Of a stretch of 64,000 bases of DNA, positions 1 to 12,565 are shown piece after piece. Each line of letters starts with the position of its first letter. The stretch's first letter is position 1. The position numbers and the translations under genes were made by a program. The stretch lies in the sequence record PZ445554.1. One strand, given 5' to 3'. A model generated the notes under the pieces. It made no database searches. It saw nothing but the letters and a program-made list of their open reading frames with translations, and was not told the DNA's origin. Origin of the DNA: a phage.

Positions 1-63
1 AACATATTTACGTTCAAAGTTAATGTAGTTCATTTTATTCTCCAAGATGTTTAATTGCGGTAC

Positions 64-98
64 AGGTATATAATATCATGTCCTGTACCAAAGTAAAC
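64..98 (-). promoter_or_regulatory. T4 early-type promoter (GTTTAC -35-like box, about 17-bp spacer, TATTAT -10), pointing leftward out of the window
   Basis: Minus-strand reading: GTTTAC-TTTGGTACAGGACATGA-TATTAT. Confidence 0.4.
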
Positions 99-100
99 AA

Positions 101-433
101 TTATTTTACTACTTTCCAATGCTGCATGTCAAGTTTACCAACTTTTTTCATCTTCTCAATTAAGCGTTCGGCGCGTTGGCGAGCTGTAACATAATACCAT
201 TCACCTAATTCATTTTGTTCAATTTTTCCAACGATTACTGTATTCAATTCATAAATCCAACCAGTAAAGAAATTATGAACTTGAATTGTAAAGGTGAAAT
301 CTGTTCCCATACCTTCTGTTGTTTCTACTTCAATAATATCACCTTCAACTGCCATTAAAAACCACATAGTTTCATTATATTTACCATTGAAGCATTTAGT
401 TTTAACTGTAGCGTTCAGATTAATCGTTTTCAT
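101..433 (-). CDS. hypothetical protein, 110 aa
   Basis: ORF track; ATG start read at 431-433; lies downstream of a promoter/terminator pair. Confidence 0.5.
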   Translation of the reverse strand: MKTINLNATVKTKCFNGKYNETMWFLMAVEGDIIEVETTEGMGTDFTFTIQVHNFFTGWIYELNTVIVGKIEQNELGEWYYVTARQRAERLIEKMKKVGKLDMQHWKVVK

Positions 434-454
434 TTTATTCTCCTTTGTTTGTGT

Positions 455-490
455 AAGATAATACTATCACAAAGGAACCGTACTGTAAAC
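455..490 (-). promoter_or_regulatory. T4 early-type promoter upstream of ORF 101-433
   Basis: GTTTAC (485-490 complement) followed by GTGATAGTATTAT. Confidence 0.4.
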
Positions 491-510
491 AACTTTGTGC
501 AATCTTTGGA

Positions 511-538
511 AAATAAAAAAGGACTCCCGAAGGAGTCC
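511..538 (-). terminator. rho-independent terminator
   Basis: Stem GGACTCC, loop CGAA (TTCG on the transcript), stem GGAGTCC, then U-run on the minus-strand transcript; identical hairpin at 53073-53090. Confidence 0.6.
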
Positions 539-543
539 TCAAC

Positions 544-762
544 TTATGCTTTCTGCTTACCAAAACGAGAAGCATCATCTCGAAGAACCGCACGTGCTCG
601 ACGCATGATCTTCTCAACAGTTTGATTAATACGAGAGTTCGACCCACGCTTGTAGCCAGCGCGTTTAGAATCACCAACTTTCTTTTCAACTGCTTTCTTT
701 GCTTTAGCTTGTTTTGCCATTATAAATTCTCTTTTAAATGAAAATGCAGGACTTATTGGCAT
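544..762 (-). CDS. small lysine-rich basic protein (72 aa, or 58 aa from the in-frame ATG at 718-720)
   Basis: ORF track; followed on the minus strand by a rho-independent terminator at 511-538. Confidence 0.45.
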   Translation of the reverse strand: MPISPAFSFKREFIMAKQAKAKKAVEKKVGDSKRAGYKRGSNSRINQTVEKIMRRARAVLRDDASRFGKQKA

Positions 763-839
763 TGCCTGCGCAAGCCCTCAAGGGGTACTTAGGTTTTGAA
801 TATTTACCGACAGGATAACCATAAACCTCGTCAACATAA

Positions 840-1088
840 TTACTTCAGTGTTACCACAAAGTGACGAACTGCTTTTCGTGCAGCAGAAGCCAAAGGCTTA
901 GCATATTTAAGCTCATCTTTTTCCTGGAGCTCAGCGGCTAATGCAGTTTGAGCAGGATTCAGATGTTTGAAATAACGCAGGATTTCAAGAGCTTCGGCTT
1001 CAACATCAATAGATGCGCCATAGTTTTCGTGACCATTATTCCATGCGTTTCGTTGCAGTTCAAGAGCGTGTTGTAATTGTTTAATCAT
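840..1088 (-). CDS. rIII: 82-aa protein at the rIII position (lysis-inhibition accessory protein candidate)
   Basis: 82 aa equals recalled T4 rIII length; sits immediately counter-clockwise of gene 31. Confidence 0.4.
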   Translation of the reverse strand: MIKQLQHALELQRNAWNNGHENYGASIDVEAEALEILRYFKHLNPAQTALAAELQEKDELKYAKPLASAARKAVRHFVVTLK

Positions 1089-1235
1089 TTAAAAATTCTC
1101 GTTAGAGATTAAAACTCGGTAGTCACGTTCTTCTGAATTTCATCTTCTTTCGACAGATCTCTCAGTTGTAGACTACCACATAGAATTGTTCGGTTAACTT
1201 ATTATTCCGACACCCAATTCATATTATTATTTATA

Positions 1236-1571
1236 TCACTTATAAAGACACGGAATAGCTTTATAGTGACAGGTAACGAATTTTTGTTTAATTTCTTTTG
1301 GCTGCTTAAGACCCAGAGCTACAAAAGGATGCGGAACATTTCGAATTTGACCAACTGGAAGAGAAGTCAAATCACCAACTTCGCAGAAACCTTCAGGAAC
1401 ATCAGGACCGACAGAGTGAACTACACACAGTTCAGGAACTTCACCTTGAACACGTTTACCGATAATAAGTCCTGATTCTGTGACTTCTTCATCACCAGCT
1501 TGTGCAGGTTCAGAAACTAAAATAACATATTCACCGACAGCACGAATTGGTAGCTGTTGTACTTCAGACAT
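1236..1571 (-). CDS. 31: co-chaperonin gp31 (GroES-like)
   Basis: 111 aa; sequence recognised as T4 gp31 ([16 protein letters not shown]...); ATG at 1569-1571; MotA-type middle promoter upstream. Confidence 0.85.
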
Positions 1572-1599
1572 TGTTTTTCCTTTTTGTTAACAGATGAAT

Positions 1600-1630
1600 T
1601 AATAATAACAAATAATTCTTAAAGCATTTA
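1600..1630 (-). promoter_or_regulatory. MotA-dependent middle promoter for gene 31
   Basis: MotA box AATGCTTTA, 12-bp spacer, TATTAT. Confidence 0.45.
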
Positions 1631-1936
1631 TTTACCAATAAATTGGAGTAAATGCTCAACTTTCATACCATTAACAGAAATCAATTTGTCAATAGAAAAA
1701 CCTCGCCATGCACCAAGTTCAACATCAAATACTGGAATCATGTCAGTAGATTCTTTCCGAGTAGATTCAGTCAATTTGCCGGTTTGCATGGTTGGCATAA
1801 AGTCCGCATCACGAGTACCTTTCATAATACGAATAGTACCATCAGACTTTTCAAAAACTACGTTTGAAACACCCATGGACAATTTAGTTTTCAAAATTTC
1901 ACGAATTGCTACTTTCTGCTCAGTTGTCAGTTTCAT
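1628..1936 (-). CDS. hypothetical protein, 102 aa
   Basis: ORF track, ATG start. Confidence 0.5.
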   Translation of the reverse strand: MKLTTEQKVAIREILKTKLSMGVSNVVFEKSDGTIRIMKGTRDADFMPTMQTGKLTESTRKESTDMIPVFDVELGAWRGFSIDKLISVNGMKVEHLLQFIGK

Positions 1937-2176
1937 TTATTTACCTATCACAGTTTTAATATGAGTTGTTCCACGTTCTTTAAGGGTGGAAAGTAATTTT
2001 TGGCATTTTTCTAAATCAGATTTCCAACTATATGGTCTATCAATACTAGTCCAATCAGTTTTATAATACTGTTTCCATTTAGAGAAAAAATATTTCTTAT
2101 ACTCTACAGCAAATGAGATGTTCTCATTAGAATAAGAACTAATTGCTGTGAGCTTTACCAAACGAAATTTCATCAT
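1937..2176 (-). CDS. hypothetical protein, 79 aa
   Basis: ORF track, ATG start, abuts cd. Confidence 0.45.
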   Translation of the reverse strand: MMKFRLVKLTAISSYSNENISFAVEYKKYFFSKWKQYYKTDWTSIDRPYSWKSDLEKCQKLLSTLKERGTTHIKTVIGK

Positions 2177-2754
2177 TCACCACAGAATTCGTTGATATTT
2201 TCCCAGTTTAACTTATTCAAGTTTTTCTTAGGAACATTAAACACTTCAATACCTGCATTTCGCAAAATATCATCCCAACCAGGTTTATTTTTGTCGTATG
2301 TTTCGCAATAAACTAGTTTTTTAATTCCAGATTGAGCTATCGCTTTTGCGCAATCCGGACATGGAGAAAGTGTTACATACATAGTAGCACCTTCAATAGA
2401 AGAACCATTTCGTGCAGCAAACAAAATTGCATTTAATTCAGCATGAATTTCATTTTTAGATGACCATTCCGAGTGAGCGCTGCGGTGTTCTTTCGCCAAG
2501 ACAAAACGATCAGTTGAACCAAATGATACACATTCAGGCTTATGGCCTTGAATGATAGTATGTTTAGGCTTATTCAGCAACCAACATTGCTCAGCAGCAT
2601 AATCACAACAGTTCACACCCCCTGCGGGTGAACCATTATACCCAGTAGAAATAATACGTCCATTCTTTTCAATTACTGCTCCTACCTTCCATGAGCAACA
2701 TTTTGATTCCTGCGATACTAAATATGCAATTTGAAGTACTGTACTCGCTTTCAT
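2173..2754 (-). CDS. cd: dCMP deaminase
   Basis: 193 aa; cytidine/dCMP deaminase zinc motifs HAELNAI and PCPDCA. Confidence 0.9.
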   Translation of the reverse strand: MKASTVLQIAYLVSQESKCCSWKVGAVIEKNGRIISTGYNGSPAGGVNCCDYAAEQCWLLNKPKHTIIQGHKPECVSFGSTDRFVLAKEHRSAHSEWSSKNEIHAELNAILFAARNGSSIEGATMYVTLSPCPDCAKAIAQSGIKKLVYCETYDKNKPGWDDILRNAGIEVFNVPKKNLNKLNWENINEFCGE

Positions 2755-3089
2755 TTCATAATCACCAGATAAGCAGATTTAGCAGTTTCAACACGATAAA
2801 TTTCGTGACGAAGTTTAGTTATACTTTTAATAACAGAACTAATTATATTCTGCCCATCTTTAAAGCGGTTTTTCTTATCAATAAAAACTGCGCCAGTCAT
2901 CTTTTTGTGAAGCTCAACTGGATACTTCGTCACAATAATAGCATCATACACAGAAGGATGAATACTATTCACTAGAGTATCATTCATTAAAGTTATTCTA
3001 ATGAACTTTGCTGTTTCAGAATCAAGCGCTCTATGATCGCCAGTATCATTTTCAAGACAATTATCAATTATATCAGTTAAATTCATCAT
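2751..3089 (-). CDS. hypothetical protein, 112 aa
   Basis: ORF track, ATG start overlapping cd stop. Confidence 0.5.
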   Translation of the reverse strand: MMNLTDIIDNCLENDTGDHRALDSETAKFIRITLMNDTLVNSIHPSVYDAIIVTKYPVELHKKMTGAVFIDKKNRFKDGQNIISSVIKSITKLRHEIYRVETAKSAYLVIMK

Positions 3090-3322
3090 AGTACGCCATA
3101 CACCCTTTGTGCTTCAACTAATCCATCGAAATCCAGTTTAAGATGCGATATTTGATCGCCATCACCTGGATTCACAATTACTAATACTGAACGAGGAGTT
3201 TCGGTAATAACACGAACCGATGTTTCAGGAAATCGTTCAGAAACCCTATTTACTAATTCCTGTGCAAATAGTTTAACTTTTTCTTGGAATTCTTTAACAG
3301 TAATTGGTTTTTCACTTAGCAT
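3086..3322 (-). CDS. hypothetical protein, 78 aa
   Basis: ORF track. Confidence 0.45.
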   Translation of the reverse strand: MLSEKPITVKEFQEKVKLFAQELVNRVSERFPETSVRVITETPRSVLVIVNPGDGDQISHLKLDFDGLVEAQRVYGVL

Positions 3323-3843
3323 GTTGATCCCAGCTCCTTACTTTCAACGTTTTTAACTAATTTGACAGAAACTAATTCAGCATCTTGAGTAATCATTACC
3401 GGACCTTCTTCATACTCTTCAAGATATTCTAGAGCTTTCTTTTTAGCTTCTTCCTTCGTATCAGTTTGAGCATAGATATAAAACATACAACCAGTAATAC
3501 CTACTACTTTCCACTTAATTTCTTTATCAGCTTTAATTTCAAATTTACTGACAGAATCATCTTTTTGAACTTCTTCGAAAAAAGAATATTCTAACATATA
3601 AGCAATTGAAAATAACGGGCTAACTTTATAGGATTCGCCCATTACATCAACAGCTTTATACCAGCAATCATCAATTTCGCGTTTAATGCTAATAACATTT
3701 TTCGCAGGATCTATTTTTACTTTAAATGAATTTTCCCCAATAAACTGGGCAATTCGTTTATTAGCCCCGCAAGTTTCATTAAAAATATCTTTATATCCAG
3801 TTTTAAAGCGATAAACCTTATCTTCTTCAAACCATTCGCTCAT
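3316..3843 (-). CDS. hypothetical protein, 175 aa
   Basis: ORF track; SD GAGGAAA and early-type promoter upstream (3868-3902). Confidence 0.5.
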   Translation of the reverse strand: MSEWFEEDKVYRFKTGYKDIFNETCGANKRIAQFIGENSFKVKIDPAKNVISIKREIDDCWYKAVDVMGESYKVSPLFSIAYMLEYSFFEEVQKDDSVSKFEIKADKEIKWKVVGITGCMFYIYAQTDTKEEAKKKALEYLEEYEEGPVMITQDAELVSVKLVKNVESKELGSTC

Positions 3844-3867
3844 TTCAATTTCCTCATTTGTTTGGTA

Positions 3868-3902
3868 GAGCTATAATATCACAACTCTACCGTAAAGTAA
3901 AC
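3868..3902 (-). promoter_or_regulatory. T4 early-type promoter
   Basis: GTTTAC-17 bp-GTGATATTATAG. Confidence 0.45.
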
Positions 3903-3904
3903 TA

Positions 3905-4180
3905 TTAAATCGCTTTGAATTCTGCTGTCTGCGATTTAAAACGAATGTCGCCTTGGATAACTAGCTCAGCATCAAGACCGAATACAACAATGATATGCGC
4001 GGAACCTGGATACAGTGTAATGGCAATAGAATCCACCTGGTCTGGAAGCAAAGTGTTCAATACATGAGTCACTTGAGCATGGATTCGAAGCTCAGCTGCG
4101 TTATCAAGTTTTTCAAACATATTATTAGCGATAATTTGGCTAAACACTACTTCTACGATTTTAGAGTAAGTCGGAAACAT
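3905..4180 (-). CDS. hypothetical protein, 91 aa
   Basis: ORF track, ATG start. Confidence 0.45.
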   Translation of the reverse strand: MFPTYSKIVEVVFSQIIANNMFEKLDNAAELRIHAQVTHVLNTLLPDQVDSIAITLYPGSAHIIVVFGLDAELVIQGDIRFKSQTAEFKAI

Positions 4181-4244
4181 ATTTACCTCACATAATTTTC
4201 TTCAAGCCAATTAATAATAGTCCAAGTTTCATGGTGCCAAGCCA

Positions 4245-5463
<1,219 letters not shown>

Positions 5464-5467
<4 letters not shown>

Positions 5468-5694
5468 TTATTTTTCTCAACTAATGATTGAATATAATCA
5501 TGCAAGTCTTTAGATGCTTTACCCCACTTATTTTGATATTCATTTTTGAGATTAGCACGTGATTGAGCTAATAAAACATCATTAGTTGGAGGTAAAGATT
5601 CTAACCGCTGAATCTGGCGTCCATAAATCATTGCAGCCATCTCGGATTCATAAATCAATCCTTTGAGATGTTCAAATTGATGCCATGAAATCAT
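5464..5694 (-). CDS. hypothetical protein, 76 aa
   Basis: ORF track. Confidence 0.4.
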
Positions 5695-5990
5695 TTACAT
5701 TTATCCTCTTTTAACTCTTGACGATAATAACATATCATAGTTTTCTGGTCATGTACATATCGTTTTACATCATTAAGCCAAATACGAAATTCCTGAGAAT
5801 CTTCAAATGGCATACCTACCCAAGCTTTACCATCAATAACTTTAACTTGCCAAGATAGTTTAGCTTCGTCATATGACTTTATTTGTACAGGCCAATTAGG
5901 ATGAACTGTTTCTTTCTTTACTTCTAGAGGCTTTGTCGAACAACCAACTAGAAGACCAATAGATAATATTACTGCTGATAGTTTAATCAT
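5691..5990 (-). CDS. putative lipoprotein, 99 aa
   Basis: N-terminal signal peptide with lipobox LVGC (MIKLSAVILSIGLLVGCS). Confidence 0.5.
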   Translation of the reverse strand: MIKLSAVILSIGLLVGCSTKPLEVKKETVHPNWPVQIKSYDEAKLSWQVKVIDGKAWVGMPFEDSQEFRIWLNDVKRYVHDQKTMICYYRQELKEDKCK

Positions 5991-6340
5991 TTAGAAAGGT
6001 CCTGGATGTCTTCTGCGAACTTGTTGAAGGAGTTGTTGATTTGTTTTTCAACCAATCCTGGCTTATGAGCCACCACATCCGCCTTCTTTGCGTCTTTGCG
6101 CAGTTTTTCATTTTCACGCTCAATAGCAGCAATTGCCTCACGATTTTTATTATTCATCGCATCAATATAATTATACTGAATTCGCAAATTATTTAATGCT
6201 AAGGCGTTTTCATTGGCTGTTTTTGTAATTTCAGTAACTGATGTTTCTAATCTTTCTACCTTATTTTTTAAAATAATAGATGTTCCGCCAAATGCTATTA
6301 CAAGTAATAGCAATCCAGCTGTAAAATTACTTACATGCAT
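5987..6340 (-). CDS. membrane-anchored coiled-coil protein, 117 aa
   Basis: N-terminal hydrophobic helix followed by charged helical region. Confidence 0.45.
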   Translation of the reverse strand: MHVSNFTAGLLLLVIAFGGTSIILKNKVERLETSVTEITKTANENALALNNLRIQYNYIDAMNNKNREAIAAIERENEKLRKDAKKADVVAHKPGLVEKQINNSFNKFAEDIQDLSK

Positions 6341-6837
6341 AAAGTTTTAATAACCTCTATAATATCGTCTTGAGAAAGACCGTTAATTAAAATATGATGT
6401 TCAGCTGGAGATTTAGAAATTTTAAAGCATGCCTCAACATCTTCTGCCATATCCGATGCACTACGATTTGGATTACTAATACCAAGGCGGTGTTTTCCCG
6501 TCAAAGGATTAACGATGATATAGCATTTGCAGCTATTGATATGAACATTGGGTTGAGTCTGATTAATGAACACTTCACAATCATACTTAGCGAGTTGATT
6601 TTCTAAAAAGACTTTCATCTCTTCAACCGCATCAGGAAGCATATCACGGGCTTGCTCAAGACGACGATTTCGATATTCTTTAATGGTCGTTTTCCGCTTG
6701 ACTTGCTTAGCTAAATCTTTCTTAAGATCAGTGATATATCCAACTCGACGATTTCCTTTGAATACAGAAATCCCATCTGTAGTATCACCGTATGCTTCAA
6801 CGACCATTTCAGTAGTAATAAGCTGCAAATCCATCAT
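6331..6837 (-). CDS. alc: Alc-like host transcription termination factor (candidate)
   Basis: 168 aa, T4 Alc about 167 aa; lies between the pseT block and rnlA as in T4; early promoter at 6858-6896. Confidence 0.45.
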   Translation of the reverse strand: MMDLQLITTEMVVEAYGDTTDGISVFKGNRRVGYITDLKKDLAKQVKRKTTIKEYRNRRLEQARDMLPDAVEEMKVFLENQLAKYDCEVFINQTQPNVHINSCKCYIIVNPLTGKHRLGISNPNRSASDMAEDVEACFKISKSPAEHHILINGLSQDDIIEVIKTLCM

Positions 6838-6857
6838 AAAGTCCTCATGTTATGTCA

Positions 6858-6896
6858 GTAAGACTACTATAACACAACACGAGGGACTTGTAAACA
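6858..6896 (-). promoter_or_regulatory. T4 early-type promoter upstream of the alc candidate
   Basis: GTTTAC-17 bp-TTATAGTAG. Confidence 0.4.
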
Positions 6897-6898
6897 GC

Positions 6899-8486
<1,588 letters not shown>

Positions 8487-8513
8487 AATAAAATGGGCCT
8501 TGCGGCCCACTCC

Positions 8514-9692
8514 TTAAAAGTATTTTTTAAAACTCATCATAACTTTATCATCAACATCATTATCAATCTGTGCAACAAGGTAAGATGACAGTTCTACTTC
8601 TTGTGGCGCGGATTGAACATTATCAGAATTAAGATATTCACGAATCCAAGGATATGGATGTTTAACCGGAGCATCGGTAATTGGGCATGGAAGACCACAC
8701 TGTTTCATACGAGATACAGTTAAGTAATCAATAAAGCTCCACATGCTATTTGTATTTAATCCAGGAACATCGCCATCTTTAAATAAATGAACTGCCCAAT
8801 CTTTTTCTTGGCGGTTAACTTCCATGAAAATATCAACTGCTTCTTGTTCACACTCTTGAGCAATTTTAACCCATTCATCACCATCAGTACCGGATTGAAG
8901 TTGACGAATAATATATTGAGTGCCTTTAAGGTGAAGCTGCTCATCGCGTGCAATGAACTTCATAATCTTGGCATTACCTTCCATGATTTCCATGTTTTTA
9001 TGGAAGTTAAAGGTACATGCGAAAGATACATAAAAACGAATAGCTTCCAATGCGTTGATTACATGCAAACAGAGGTAAAGAGATTTCATTAGCTCACGCT
9101 TCCAATATGTCTCATGCTCAATAGCATCTTCAATAACGTCTTCGTCTGCATTAATTTCTTTTTGGTATTCGATATCAGCTTTAGCGTTTTCCCAATAACG
9201 AGTTTTAATCAGAACATCATCATAATAGCGACCGATAGATTCAGCGCGTTTCATAATAGCTTCATCTAATACAATCTCATCAAACACCTTTGACGGATCA
9301 GTATAAAGATTTCGCATGATATGTGTATATGAACGACTGTGAATAGTTTCACTAAAAGTCCATGTAGCAACCCATGTATCAAGACTTGGGTCTGAAATTA
9401 ATGACATAAGTACAGCAGATGGCGCACGACCCTGAATGCTATCCAAAAGTGATTGATACTTCAGATTATTAGTAAAAATATTTTGCTGATACTGAGGAAG
9501 CTTATTAAACTGTGCAGCATCCATCATTAAGTTTACTTCTTCCGGGCGCCAGAAGAATGACAATTGCTTTTCGGTCAAATCTTCAAAAACTTTATGGCGT
9601 TGAATATCATAACGCGCAATACCAAGACCTGAACCAAAAAACATGGGTTCTTTTAAAACATCAACTGGATTTGTATTAAAAACTGTGCTCAT
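8514..9692 (-). CDS. nrdB: ribonucleotide reductase small subunit, class Ia
   Basis: 392 aa, ferritin-like di-iron protein, single uninterrupted ORF. Confidence 0.9.
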   Translation of the reverse strand: MSTVFNTNPVDVLKEPMFFGSGLGIARYDIQRHKVFEDLTEKQLSFFWRPEEVNLMMDAAQFNKLPQYQQNIFTNNLKYQSLLDSIQGRAPSAVLMSLISDPSLDTWVATWTFSETIHSRSYTHIMRNLYTDPSKVFDEIVLDEAIMKRAESIGRYYDDVLIKTRYWENAKADIEYQKEINADEDVIEDAIEHETYWKRELMKSLYLCLHVINALEAIRFYVSFACTFNFHKNMEIMEGNAKIMKFIARDEQLHLKGTQYIIRQLQSGTDGDEWVKIAQECEQEAVDIFMEVNRQEKDWAVHLFKDGDVPGLNTNSMWSFIDYLTVSRMKQCGLPCPITDAPVKHPYPWIREYLNSDNVQSAPQEVELSSYLVAQIDNDVDDKVMMSFKKYF

Positions 9693-9743
9693 AAATTTTC
9701 CGCTTAGTTAATAGATAGTGACTCGTCCGTGAGTCAAATTATA

Positions 9744-12008
9744 TCATAATTTACAGGATGAACAATCTTCAGCTTTTGGAGTTTCTATTTCATAATCATC
9801 AGTACCAGAACCATCACGGGTATTATGATAATAGAAATTTTTTCCGCCAAAATACCAAAAATACAAAAGGTCATCAATCATTATTGACATTGGAACCTTG
9901 CCTTTAGGGAAGATTTGGGGGTCATAATATGTATTTGCTGAAGCTGATTGACATACCCATTTCAACATAATAGCTACCTGTGTAAGATAAGGTTTATTAC
10001 CTTTCTTAGCTAATTTCCATGTATAATCATAGAGGTCTATGTTATGCTCAATATTGGGCACGACTTGATTAAAGGAGCCCTCTTTTGATTCTTTAACAGA
10101 GACTGGTCCACGTGGAGGCTCGATACCGTTTGTACTGTTAGAAACTTGGGAAGATGACTCACATGGCATAAGTGCTGATAATGTGCTATTACGGATGCCA
10201 AAGAGCTTAAGGTCTTCCCGCAGCGACGACCAGTCACAAACGTATTTTGGAGCTGCGATTTGGTCAATCTTTTTATTGTACCAGTCGATAGGTAATTCGC
10301 CTCGAGACCAACGAGTGTCTGAATAATATTCGCAAGGTCCTTTTTCTTTGGCGAGCTTAATGGATGCTTTAATGAGTCCATACTGTAATCTCTCAAATAG
10401 TTCATGTGTTAAATCGTTAGCATCTTCATAAGAAGCAAAGTTACTTGCCAGCCAAGCTGCATAGTTGGTAACACCTACACCGAGGTTACGACGCTTTTTG
10501 GCTTTTTCTGCTTCAGGAACCGGATATCCTTGGTAATCCAAAAGATTATCAAGAGCACGAACTTGGACTTCTGCCAATTCATTAATTTTATCTTGGTCTT
10601 GCCAATCAAAGTTATCCAGCACAAATGCTGATAACGTGCACAATCCAATTTCAGCATCAGGACTATTCACATCATTTGTTGGAATAGCAATTTCACAGCA
10701 CAAGTTACTCTGACGAATAGGTGCCTTTTCACGAATAAACGGAGTATAGTTATTCGTATTATCAATGAACTGTACATAAATCCTTGCTGTTCCTGAACGT
10801 TCAGTCATGAGCAATTCAAATAGTTCACGGGCTTTAATACGCTTTTTACGAATATTAGGGTCTTTTTCTGCTGCTTCGTACAATTCACGGAAACGGTCTT
10901 GGTCTTTAAAATAAGAATAATAAAGCTCGCCACCCATTTCATGCGGACTGAACAAAGTAATGTAATCGTTCTTTCCAAAACGTTCCATCATCAAATCATT
11001 CAGCTGAACACCATAATCCATATGACGAATGCGGTTTTCTTCTACACCTTTGTTATTTTTCAAAACAAGAAGATTTTCAACTTCCAAATGCCAAATAGGA
11101 TAATAAGCAGTAGCAGCGCCGCCACGAATTCCACCCTGTGAACATGATTTAACAGCAGTCTGAAAATGTTTCCAAAAAGGAATAACCCCAGTATGGCGTA
11201 CTTCACCCATGCCAATCTTAGAACCTTCGGCACGAATCATACCAACGTTAATACCAATTCCAGCACGTTTGGAGATATATTCAACAATTGAAGCGGAAGC
11301 CTTATTGATAGACTTTAGTGAATCACCTGCCTCAATAACAACGCATGAACTAAACTGCCGAGTTGGAGTACGGCAACCAGCCATAATAGGAGTTGGTAAT
11401 GAAATCTGTCGAGTAGATACTGCTTCATAAAAACGAATAACATGTTTTAATCTATCAACAGGTTCATCTTGATGCAATGCCATTCCAATAGTCATAAATG
11501 CAAACTGTGGAGTTTCATAAATTTGACCAGTGGTTTTATCTTTAACTAGATATTTTTCTTTTAATTGCATCGCCCCGGAATAAGTAAATTCCATATCCCG
11601 CTCGTGCTTAATTTTTGATTCTAAAAATGTAATTTCTTCTGCTGAATATTTTGACAATAATTCAGGGTCATATTTACCTTCATTTACACAGTAAGAAATA
11701 TGGTCAATAAATGAACGTGGTTCATATTGCCCGTAAACATGCTTACGAAGAGCAAACATTAAACAGCGTGCAGCTACGTATTGATAATCAGGCTCTTCAA
11801 CTGAAATAGAATTCGCAGCAGCCTTAATGACAATAGTCTGAATGTCATCAGTGGTCATTCCATCACGGAGATATGATTTAATATTTTCATATAATTCATA
11901 AGGATCTACAGATGTTCCTTCAGCTGCCCAAGATAAAACTTTAATAATTTTTTGTGGATCAAAGCTCTGAGAAACACCACTACTTTTGATAACATTAATT
12001 AATTGCAT
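9744..12008 (-). CDS. nrdA: ribonucleotide reductase large subunit, class Ia
   Basis: 754 aa; active-site region SNLCCEI; C-terminal redox cysteines. Confidence 0.95.
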   Translation of the reverse strand: MQLINVIKSSGVSQSFDPQKIIKVLSWAAEGTSVDPYELYENIKSYLRDGMTTDDIQTIVIKAAANSISVEEPDYQYVAARCLMFALRKHVYGQYEPRSFIDHISYCVNEGKYDPELLSKYSAEEITFLESKIKHERDMEFTYSGAMQLKEKYLVKDKTTGQIYETPQFAFMTIGMALHQDEPVDRLKHVIRFYEAVSTRQISLPTPIMAGCRTPTRQFSSCVVIEAGDSLKSINKASASIVEYISKRAGIGINVGMIRAEGSKIGMGEVRHTGVIPFWKHFQTAVKSCSQGGIRGGAATAYYPIWHLEVENLLVLKNNKGVEENRIRHMDYGVQLNDLMMERFGKNDYITLFSPHEMGGELYYSYFKDQDRFRELYEAAEKDPNIRKKRIKARELFELLMTERSGTARIYVQFIDNTNNYTPFIREKAPIRQSNLCCEIAIPTNDVNSPDAEIGLCTLSAFVLDNFDWQDQDKINELAEVQVRALDNLLDYQGYPVPEAEKAKKRRNLGVGVTNYAAWLASNFASYEDANDLTHELFERLQYGLIKASIKLAKEKGPCEYYSDTRWSRGELPIDWYNKKIDQIAAPKYVCDWSSLREDLKLFGIRNSTLSALMPCESSSQVSNSTNGIEPPRGPVSVKESKEGSFNQVVPNIEHNIDLYDYTWKLAKKGNKPYLTQVAIMLKWVCQSASANTYYDPQIFPKGKVPMSIMIDDLLYFWYFGGKNFYYHNTRDGSGTDDYEIETPKAEDCSSCKL

Positions 12009-12325
12009 AAGTCCTCAACTTGAAAATCGTCTTTAAACAATCGGTTAACTATATGAGCTATTATATCACCATGACACGGCTTTGGTTTACATGTGCATCC
12101 TAGCCTCATTCCACGTAAAGGCTCTAAATGTGCTTTAGTTATTTCTCCGGATTTAATTCGACGTATAAAATCTTTTTTGAATAATTCAATGGCAGCCTCC
12201 CGGCTGCCAGCATCTTTACCGACGTAATTTCCCCAAAATGTACCACGGTGAATATTAACATCAAAGTCGGATTTATATTTATTCACTACCTGGCATAGAC
12301 GGCCCGCGCGGTGATAATTCGTCAT
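11999..12325 (-). CDS. hypothetical cysteine-containing protein, 108 aa (nrdA.1 position)
   Basis: ORF track, ATG start; Cys/His cluster [11 protein letters not shown]. Confidence 0.5.
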   Translation of the reverse strand: MTNYHRAGRLCQVVNKYKSDFDVNIHRGTFWGNYVGKDAGSREAAIELFKKDFIRRIKSGEITKAHLEPLRGMRLGCTCKPKPCHGDIIAHIVNRLFKDDFQVEDLCN

Positions 12326-12542
12326 ATTGTTTTTCCGTTAAAACAGTAATATCATAGTAACAATCTGAAGAAGTTTTAACTGTAGAAATTTTATTATCAA
12401 AATACTCACGAGTCATTTTATGAGTATAATATTTTTTGCCATAAATGACAATAGGCTGATTTGGTCCTGGAACTTCTAACTCACTTGGGTTAGGAAGTAT
12501 AAAAAGAACGACACCAGAAGTATCTTTAAATCGTAAAATCAT
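12279..12542 (-). CDS. hypothetical protein, 87 aa (nrdA.2 position)
   Basis: Track start at 12554 is TTG; first in-frame ATG read at 12540-12542. Confidence 0.4.
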   Translation of the reverse strand: MILRFKDTSGVVLFILPNPSELEVPGPNQPIVIYGKKYYTHKMTREYFDNKISTVKTSSDCYYDITVLTEKQYDELSPRGPSMPGSE

Positions 12543-12565
12543 ATATCCTCGCAATTAAATTAAAA

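Noticed and set aside
1266-1475. Numerous plus-strand track ORFs antisense to minus-strand genes (for example 1266-1475, 1652-1964, 2691-2975, 8787-9092, 10899-11430, 16264-16953, 37464-37826, 41376-42239, 44210-44885, 47607-48097, 55066-55353)
   Set aside because: Each is fully embedded in a longer, well-supported minus-strand gene with recognisable motifs or known length; the products are low-complexity and lack ribosome-binding sites.
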